From: an uncultured delta proteobacterium
GTDB taxonomy: Bacteria; Desulfobacterota; Binatia; Binatales; Binataceae
DNA length: 64,000 nucleotides
Direction of reading: 5' to 3'
Assembly: GCA_963794325.1 (NCBI GenBank)
Contig: CAWCDG010000004.1
Coordinates: 1,408,001-1,472,000, forward strand
Below are positions 57,163 through 64,000 of the stretch, one piece after another. A program made the position numbers and the translations under genes. The notes under the pieces are model-generated. The model did no database searches. It saw only the letters and a list, made by a program, of their open reading frames with translations, and was not told the DNA's origin. The stretch's first letter is position 1, and every line of letters begins with the position of its first letter.

Positions 57163-58443
57163 TTACGGTGCGAAACGAGCGCAGGTCCAGTCGGTCAGGA
57201 CTTTCATCAGGCGCGGACGTGGATCGCCGAGATGCGCCTTGATGCCGCCGGCGCGCATGAAGTGATCCGCGCCTTCGATGAAGGCGAGAGTCTTGTCGCT
57301 CGCGCCCGACGCTTCGAATTCGCCGTGCACATCGGAAATGAAAATGTCCTGGTCGCCGTTCGCGCCTACCACCAAAGTCGGCACGCTGACCTTGGGGAGA
57401 TTCGACGCCATCTTGGCGAACGATGAGAGGCCGGACCAGGTCGATAGCCACGCGTCCGGGGTTACGATGCGGCCGAGGCCGAACGGCGTGTAGTTCGCGA
57501 AATCGGGCCGCACTGAGATAATCGATCCGACCGCGCGTTCCGACGGATCGATCGACAGATCGAGATAGTTGAGGTTCGCCTGGGTGCGGTAAACGATCAT
57601 GTACGCCGGCCCCATCGCGCGGCGCGCAGCATAGTTGCGATGGTCGGCGCTAGATGCGGCGAAGTCGGGCGCGCGCATCGCAGCGCGGCCGTGGATCGCC
57701 TCGGTAATATGACGCCGCGCGATCGCGTCGATCCGCGCACATCGCGCGACTTGCGCGGCGCGGTATCGCGGGACGAAATCCTTGAGGTAGCGGCTCTCGG
57801 CGGGCGGCGTCTTGAAGCCGTTGCGCTCGTCGTACATATCCAGCACGGGATCGCTCGCGAGCGGATCGGATTCATCGACCACCGCGGCATCGAGGCACGA
57901 CATCAGCACCATCCCCTGTCCCGGATGTGCGGCAAGCGCGATATAGCCATCGGCAGCCGGGAGATCGAACTTGTTCAGATCCGGTGGACCGCCGCCGGGC
58001 GGTGCTGTCACGCGACTTCCGGCGGGCGTGCGCGCTTGCGAGTCATAGTAAGCGAACAGCGAGCCACCGCCGGAATTTCCGAGCATCACGATTTTCTCGA
58101 AGCCTTCCTCCTCGCGCAGGAATCGAATTCCCGCCGCGAGATCGAGCAGGAGATTTTCATGGAGCATCATCGCGTCGTTGTTCAGATAGCGCGTGTTGAA
58201 ACCGAACGCCGCGAAGCCTGCCTCGACCCAGAACGGAATCGAATAGTGTGTGCTGAAGTCGGCGCGCGGATGCGCCATGAACACGACGGTGCGCGGCTTG
58301 CCCGTGGCCGGCATATAGAGGATGCCGCGCGACTTGCCGAAGTCGGCAGCATAGAGCTGCACGGGTCGTTGGCGAATCGACGGGTCGATATCGCCGAAAT
58401 CGATCGGATAGCGGGCTTGGTAATCGGCTGGCGCTTTGGGCAT
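57163..58443 (-). CDS. Alpha/beta hydrolase
   Basis: GNSGGG nucleophile elbow, GDQD, GADH triad positions. Confidence 0.85.
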   Translation of the reverse strand: MPKAPADYQARYPIDFGDIDPSIRQRPVQLYAADFGKSRGILYMPATGKPRTVVFMAHPRADFSTHYSIPFWVEAGFAAFGFNTRYLNNDAMMLHENLLLDLAAGIRFLREEEGFEKIVMLGNSGGGSLFAYYDSQARTPAGSRVTAPPGGGPPDLNKFDLPAADGYIALAAHPGQGMVLMSCLDAAVVDESDPLASDPVLDMYDERNGFKTPPAESRYLKDFVPRYRAAQVARCARIDAIARRHITEAIHGRAAMRAPDFAASSADHRNYAARRAMGPAYMIVYRTQANLNYLDLSIDPSERAVGSIISVRPDFANYTPFGLGRIVTPDAWLSTWSGLSSFAKMASNLPKVSVPTLVVGANGDQDIFISDVHGEFEASGASDKTLAFIEGADHFMRAGGIKAHLGDPRPRLMKVLTDWTCARFAP

Positions 58444-58859
58444 ATGTGGATCTCGCGCACTTATGCACGAACGTCAAGAATCACGCTCAAACTCTCGTAA
58501 TGTTCCGCGGCGTACCGTTTCTGTTGATAGAAATCAGCGCGAATGACTTCGCGTTTGTGATCTTTTCTACGTTTCAATTCGCCAATCCACGCTACAACAG
58601 GAATTCTTGTGTTTGATGATTTTTCTTTCACTCCTACAAAACGTCAGAAAATTTGACTTAGTCCGGATCGGGGGTGAGTGTTGGCTGCGAAGCGAATGAT
58701 CGTTGCCGAGCATCGGCGAACGCTGACGTGAGCCGCGTCAGTAACTGACACTCAACGATCGTTCGCGACAGTACGCAGTGGTTTCGAAGATCGGTTGGCG
58801 CGACGAATCGCGCTGCCGATGCCGAAGTAAATGCTTGCCTTGGTTTTTGGGAGGGGATC

Positions 58860-61800
58860 ATGAGATTTCAATTCGCATCGCTGGCCAATGGGTTCCGGCA
58901 CCGCGCAGTCGTCTTCGCCGCAGTGCTGGTCATAGTTCCATCACTGTTGATGAGCGCATCGTTCTCGCAGGACGGCCCCGGAGCCGTAAAAGTAGCGAAG
59001 CATATACCGAGCGACGCCACCGCGCTTGCCCGGATCATGAGCGCCCAACGCGCGTCAGGAGGTCCGATTCCTCCCGATGCCTATCAGAACGCAATGAAGG
59101 AGTGGGCCGCGATTTCGACCGGATCGCCGGTGACGACTCTCTCATCGACGAAATCGAAGGCGCTGGCGAGCAGCGTCACTGGACTGGTCTGGAAGCCGAT
59201 CGGACCCAGTGGAATCACAGCAGGGACATCGACCTGGAATGGGCGCATCGACTCGATTGCGATCAATCCCAACAACCCGAACGTGATTTACATTGGTGCG
59301 ACTGACGGCGGCATTTGGAAAACGATCGACGCCGGCGTCAACTGGACACCGTTGACCGACCACCAGCCGATGCTCGCGATCGGCGAGCCGGGCGCGATCG
59401 CAATCGATCCGAACAACACCAATACTCTTTACGTTGGTACCTCTTCTTTCCTGAAGGTCACCGGCGCTCAGGGGACGCAACTCAACACGACGATAGGCGT
59501 TCTGAAGTCCACCGATGGCGGCGCAAGCTGGATCATCCTCGGCTCCGGATTTCCGGCCGGAAATAACGGTAACGCGAATCAATTCGTAAACCAGAGCATC
59601 TTTGGGATCGCGGTGGATCCCGCCGACAGCAACGACCTCTACCTTGCCGCGAGCACCGGCCTGTTTTTCTCGACCGATGCGGGACAGAACTGGACGCTCG
59701 GAACCGGCGGTGGCGGCGGCCAGGCCGACTCGTTGGGCTTCGATGCGTCCTCGCCGGTGGGCAATCGCACGCTCTTCGCCGGAATCAACGGCGTCGGCAT
59801 CAAGCGATCGATCGACGGCGGAAATAACTGGATCCAGGTGCTCAACAGCACGACGCCTGCCGTCGCGGCGCAGTTGACGGCTCACAGCACGATTAGCAGC
59901 AACGCGACGATCGGTAAGGTTGCGATTTCACTTGCTCCTTCAGTCGGCAACGCGGCCGGAGTGCAGGTGATCTACGCAACGATCGAGGGCCGGAACGGAG
60001 ACTTCGTACCCACCCCTTACACCGGCATCCTGGGAATTTTCGAGAGCCAGGATCAGGGAGTGACCTGGACCTTCCAGAGCGCCCCGGTCGCCCTCCAGTG
60101 CCAATGCTTCTACACCAACACGATCGCTGTTGATCCGGGATCGCCGGGCGACGGCGTCAACGACATCGTTTATTGGGGCGGCACTGACACTTTCAGGTCC
60201 GCCAACTCGGGGGTGAATTTCACCGACGTGACTCACGGTATCCACGCTGACAGTCATTCGTGGGGATTCGCGCCGGGCACGCCGACAATCGTTTACGCCG
60301 GCAACGACGGTGGCATCTGGAGGACCAAAGACTCGGGCGCGACCTGGACGGGGACCGGCGCCGGACCCGCAACGATCAACGCGGGCGGTCTGCAGACGGG
60401 CCTGCTCTATCACATGGATATCAAGCGCAACGCGACCGCCGATGTCACACTCGGCGCGTTCCAGGACAACGGCGACAACAAATGGACCGGCGCTCCCGGA
60501 TGGCTCAACACCCTGGGCGGTGATGGTCTCAACGTGATCTTCGACCAGCAAATGGTGGCAGACGCGTATGCGATCAACAACGGAGGGCCGAATATATCGA
60601 CTGATAGCGGCAGCACCTGGGCCGATATCACCAATAATATCCCGCACGCTGATCAACAGGTGCAGATTTTCCAGAATGCGATCAGCGTCGATCCCAACAA
60701 CGCCGGCTTCCTGTATTTCAGCGGCGCGGCGAATCCGCAAAACCCGGGTCCGGCCACCGTTCCCGGCCAGTTGTTCCAGAGCAAAAACTTTGGAGCTTCG
60801 TGGACAGCGATAACCACCTTCTCGGCGGTTACGAATGTCGGTCCTTCTGCGGTCGCGCCTGCTAATTCCAACAACCTGGCGGTCATCGACGGCAATACGC
60901 TCTACATCACGCCCAACGCATTGGCAGCGACACCTAGCTTCACGCAGATTCCGGGCACGCCTTCTCGAGGGATAACTCGGATGGCGTTCGATCCGAACGA
61001 TCCGACGGTTCTGTATTTCGTGACGTCGGGGTTTTCCGGATTCCCCGGCGGCCACGTATTCAAGGTCAAGTTTTCCGTCGTCGCCGGTCCGATGGTTCTG
61101 CCCGGCTCGGTTGTCGACGTGTCACCTCCGATCGACGTTCCGTTCGACGGACTCGCGCTTGACGGCGGCACCACCCCAACCACCATCTACGCCGGCAGCG
61201 ACCTCGGCGTATTGCGCTCGGTTGACGGCGGCGTGACCTGGACGACGCTCGACGCGCTGCACTTCCCCAACGCGATAGTCTCCGACCTGCAGATCAACCC
61301 AACCGCCGGAGTGCTACGCGCCTCCACCTATGGACGCGGCGTTTTTGAATTTGCCCCCGCCACCGGACCGGTGATCGCGGTCAATCCTGAGAACAACCTG
61401 GAGTTCGGACCGACTTGCGCGGGAAGTACGGTCTCGTTGAACCTCGAGGTCTTCAACGTCGGCACCACCAACCTGATAATCAACAGTGTGATTCGGCTCG
61501 CGGGTTCCACCGACTTCACTGTGGCGCCGAATCCGATGACCCCGCTCACGATTAGTCCCGACGCTCATGTTGATTTCACGATTCAGTTCAAGCCGACGAT
61601 CCTGGGACCGCAATCGGCGACGATCGCAATCAACAGCAACGATCCGGGATCGCCCCAGACTGTTCTGACTGCGACCGGCAGCGAAGGCAGCGGGACAGTC
61701 ACACTAACCGGCAGCGGCGCTTTCGGCAGTACCATATGTGCCGGCCCCAATCGGCCCACTCAAACCATCAAGGTGGACAACGTCGGTACGTGCGATCTGC

Positions 61801-62720
61801 ACCTGATTAATGCGTTCCCGACGTGTGCGGATTTCACGCTCGTCAATCCGCCCTCCTTCCCGGTGCCCATCAGCCCCGACTCGGGCATCGACCTGACGGT
61901 GCAGTTCACTCCGACTTCTGCCGGACTCAAGGCATGCACGCTGGAGGTAGTGACAGACGATCCGATCAATCCGTTCGAATTCCTGCCTCTCACCGCGACA
62001 ACGCCGACGGGACCCACGGAGCTGACCTTCCCCACCAGTCTCACGTTCCCGCCTACTGTAATCCAGTCGAGGGCGGCGTGTTCCGCGACGCTGGGCGTTC
62101 CGGTCGTCAATTCCGGTTCGTGCCCGGTCACGATCGACTCGGTGACGCTGAATAATCTATCGGCTACGCCGCCCGATTATACGCTGACCGGACTTCCGGG
62201 CCTGCCGCTGAATCTGGGAGCGGGCCAACAGCTTGGGGCTGGCGACCTTGACGTGGTCTTCGCACCGTTTACGTTGGCTCGCACGAGTACCGGCACAGTT
62301 GACGTGGAATTCGAGAACGATCCGATTACTCACACCTTGACCACGGTCTCGGTGCCGTTCTGCGGCGAGGCAACTCATCGCGGCATACGCGTGCTGGTAA
62401 CGCGGGGCGGAGTGCCGGTGTCGAAGGTGAAAAGGATCTTTCTGCAGACCGCTGATGGGCCTGAGCAGCCCGGCGGAAGATTCCAACTGCCGAGAACGAT
62501 CAAGAACGCGTCGTTGCAGACAGTAACCGGTACGCCGCCGTGCCCGTCGTTCCAATTCCACGGCGAATTTGGCGGCGAGAGCAATCCCTTCCAACTAAAG
62601 GATGGGACGTACCGGATCGTGGTTCAGATTAAGGAGGGCAACAAGCTCAAAACGAGAATCGTCCGCGTCAATATCGACGACTGTACGTTCACCCAGAATG
62701 TCGTAGTAGCGTTCCCATGA
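58860..62720 (+). CDS. Large secreted Asp-box (BNR/VPS10/GH74-like) beta-propeller with C-terminal ASH/choice-of-anchor-D Ig domains
   Basis: At least 9 S/TxDxGxxW boxes; three N.G...L.I repeats with I.SNDP/V.TDDP motifs. Confidence 0.88.
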   Translation: MRFQFASLANGFRHRAVVFAAVLVIVPSLLMSASFSQDGPGAVKVAKHIPSDATALARIMSAQRASGGPIPPDAYQNAMKEWAAISTGSPVTTLSSTKSKALASSVTGLVWKPIGPSGITAGTSTWNGRIDSIAINPNNPNVIYIGATDGGIWKTIDAGVNWTPLTDHQPMLAIGEPGAIAIDPNNTNTLYVGTSSFLKVTGAQGTQLNTTIGVLKSTDGGASWIILGSGFPAGNNGNANQFVNQSIFGIAVDPADSNDLYLAASTGLFFSTDAGQNWTLGTGGGGGQADSLGFDASSPVGNRTLFAGINGVGIKRSIDGGNNWIQVLNSTTPAVAAQLTAHSTISSNATIGKVAISLAPSVGNAAGVQVIYATIEGRNGDFVPTPYTGILGIFESQDQGVTWTFQSAPVALQCQCFYTNTIAVDPGSPGDGVNDIVYWGGTDTFRSANSGVNFTDVTHGIHADSHSWGFAPGTPTIVYAGNDGGIWRTKDSGATWTGTGAGPATINAGGLQTGLLYHMDIKRNATADVTLGAFQDNGDNKWTGAPGWLNTLGGDGLNVIFDQQMVADAYAINNGGPNISTDSGSTWADITNNIPHADQQVQIFQNAISVDPNNAGFLYFSGAANPQNPGPATVPGQLFQSKNFGASWTAITTFSAVTNVGPSAVAPANSNNLAVIDGNTLYITPNALAATPSFTQIPGTPSRGITRMAFDPNDPTVLYFVTSGFSGFPGGHVFKVKFSVVAGPMVLPGSVVDVSPPIDVPFDGLALDGGTTPTTIYAGSDLGVLRSVDGGVTWTTLDALHFPNAIVSDLQINPTAGVLRASTYGRGVFEFAPATGPVIAVNPENNLEFGPTCAGSTVSLNLEVFNVGTTNLIINSVIRLAGSTDFTVAPNPMTPLTISPDAHVDFTIQFKPTILGPQSATIAINSNDPGSPQTVLTATGSEGSGTVTLTGSGAFGSTICAGPNRPTQTIKVDNVGTCDLHLINAFPTCADFTLVNPPSFPVPISPDSGIDLTVQFTPTSAGLKACTLEVVTDDPINPFEFLPLTATTPTGPTELTFPTSLTFPPTVIQSRAACSATLGVPVVNSGSCPVTIDSVTLNNLSATPPDYTLTGLPGLPLNLGAGQQLGAGDLDVVFAPFTLARTSTGTVDVEFENDPITHTLTTVSVPFCGEATHRGIRVLVTRGGVPVSKVKRIFLQTADGPEQPGGRFQLPRTIKNASLQTVTGTPPCPSFQFHGEFGGESNPFQLKDGTYRIVVQIKEGNKLKTRIVRVNIDDCTFTQNVVVAFP

Positions 62721-62734
62721 TCGTGTAGATGACG

Positions 62735-62766
62735 GGGCGGTCGCGAGAATCATCTCGCGACCGCCC
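62735..62766 (+). terminator. Hairpin after the beta-propeller gene
   Basis: GGGCGGTCGCGAGA-ATCA-TCTCGCGACCGCCC, 14-bp stem followed by TTCATT. Confidence 0.7.
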
Positions 62767-62872
62767 TTCATTCATCTTCCCGCGCCCAACACCGCCGCCT
62801 TCACGCCGCGCATAGGGCTTACTCCTGCGCCGCGCGGTCGTGTAGAATCCCGTAGATCGAAGGTGGCGCAAT

Positions 62873-63916
62873 TTGAAGACTGGCATCATCGGCGCGCGCG
62901 GCGCCGGCAAATCAACTGTATTTCACGCTCTGACAGGACTCGCGCCGATTCCCGGCACCGCCGAGGGCCGCAATCGCGCGCGTCCGGGACAAATCAAGGT
63001 CGCCGATCCGCGGCTCGATTTGCTTGAAGAGGCGTACGGGTCGAAGAAAAAGATTCCGGTCGAGCTCACGATCCTCGACTTCGCGCCTAATCCGAAAGAG
63101 CAGAAAGAGGGCGCGGCGCTCGATCCGAGCCTGCTGCCGTTGGTGCGCGACATGGACGCGCTGCTGATCGTGATTCCGCAGTTCGGCGGAATGGAAAAAG
63201 ATTTGGTCGCGACGCTCGAGAGTATCGAAGGCGAGCTGGTGTTCGCCGACTTCGATCAGGCCGAGCGCCGGCTCGAGCGCCTCAAGAAAGAAAAGGGCAG
63301 CGACTTCGAGCGTGCGGCGCTCGAGAAAGTGATCGCATGGCTCGGCGAAGGCAAGCCGCTGAGACTGCTCGAATTGACGGCGCAGGAGATGCAAGCATTC
63401 TCGAGCTTTGGATTTCTCTCACGCAAGCCCGCGCTGGTCACCGTCAACTGCGAGATGGAACGAGCGTCCGCCGACGTCACCGAGGCGGAGCACGCGGCGG
63501 TGCGCGCGCATGGGCTCGAGGTCTTCAGGCTCTCGGCCGCATTCGAGTCCGAGTTGTGGGAACTCGACGAGAGCGGCCAGAAGGAAATGCTCAAGGACGC
63601 GGGCCTCGACGCGCCTGCGCGCGATCGATTGATCGGTGCGCTCTACAACCATCTCGGGCTGATCACTTTCTACACGGCCGGCGAGCCGGAAGCGCATGCA
63701 TGGTCGCTGCGCCGCGGCGAGTCGGCGCTCGACGCTGCCGGCGTGATTCACACCGACATCGCGCGCGGGTTCATCCGTGCCGAAGTCGTCAGCTACGACG
63801 ATTTTGCTGTCCACAAATCTGACGTGAAGGTCAAAGAGGCCGGCAAGCTCAGACTCGAAGGACGCGACTACGTGATGCGCGACGGCGATATGATCCACAT
63901 CCGGTTTAAGGTGTGA
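62873..63916 (+). CDS. ychF: Divergent YchF/Obg-family NTPase with TGS (DUF933) domain
   Basis: GAGKST; AAGVIHTDIARGFIRAEV; RLEGRDYVMRDGD. Confidence 0.8.
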   Translation: MKTGIIGARGAGKSTVFHALTGLAPIPGTAEGRNRARPGQIKVADPRLDLLEEAYGSKKKIPVELTILDFAPNPKEQKEGAALDPSLLPLVRDMDALLIVIPQFGGMEKDLVATLESIEGELVFADFDQAERRLERLKKEKGSDFERAALEKVIAWLGEGKPLRLLELTAQEMQAFSSFGFLSRKPALVTVNCEMERASADVTEAEHAAVRAHGLEVFRLSAAFESELWELDESGQKEMLKDAGLDAPARDRLIGALYNHLGLITFYTAGEPEAHAWSLRRGESALDAAGVIHTDIARGFIRAEVVSYDDFAVHKSDVKVKEAGKLRLEGRDYVMRDGDMIHIRFKV

Positions 63917-64000
63917 TCGGCTACGCGCGAAGAAAAGACGCCTGCGCGGCGTGCGGCAGGGGTGACCCCTGCAGCTCACAGTATTAAGAAAAGAAATCGC

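Noticed and set aside
58670-58760. c-di-AMP (ydaO) riboswitch resemblance (GGGGTGA..CGTCAG.TAAC)
   Set aside because: Only fragments match; the GCTGAATCC/GGAAC core is missing, so it is reported only as an unassigned structure.

Overview
A GC-rich bacterial chromosomal window. The gene content (Flp pilin, several STAND ATPases, F420-type LLM, B12 radical SAM, TATATA-linker surface proteins) suggests a soil bacterium such as Candidatus Binatota; this is inference, not proven. Contents from left to right: (1) cysK, a ZIP transporter, exported MsrA and a B12 radical SAM gene; (2) an ECF sigma factor with a Zn-anti-sigma-vWA fusion and a second, anti-sigma-less vWA paralog; (3) a 15.6-24.2 kb block of small general-stress-type membrane and secreted proteins, with an AI-2E transporter fused to a B12-binding module and a duplicated, covarying structured 5' leader RNA; (4) a large DUF3494 ice-binding adhesin with a DTATATAT octapeptide array; (5) pcaCHGB plus a core MetE-like gene; (6) an uncharacterised isoprenoid-type cluster (polyprenyl synthase, CrtP/HpnE-like flavoprotein, tandem acetoacetate-decarboxylase-fold protein, HpnA-like reductase, STAND regulator, one frameshifted gene, an embedded Flp pilin); (7) a ~9 kb integrase-less island bounded by tRNA-Thr(CGT) and a 46-bp copy of its 3' half; (8) an LLM/hydrolase pair, a big Asp-box beta-propeller protein and a divergent YchF. 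The best candidates for an undescribed system are the duplicated leader RNA, the isoprenoid cluster, the ECF/vWA signalling module and the B12-domain transporter. All family calls come from motif recognition by eye; no database search was run.
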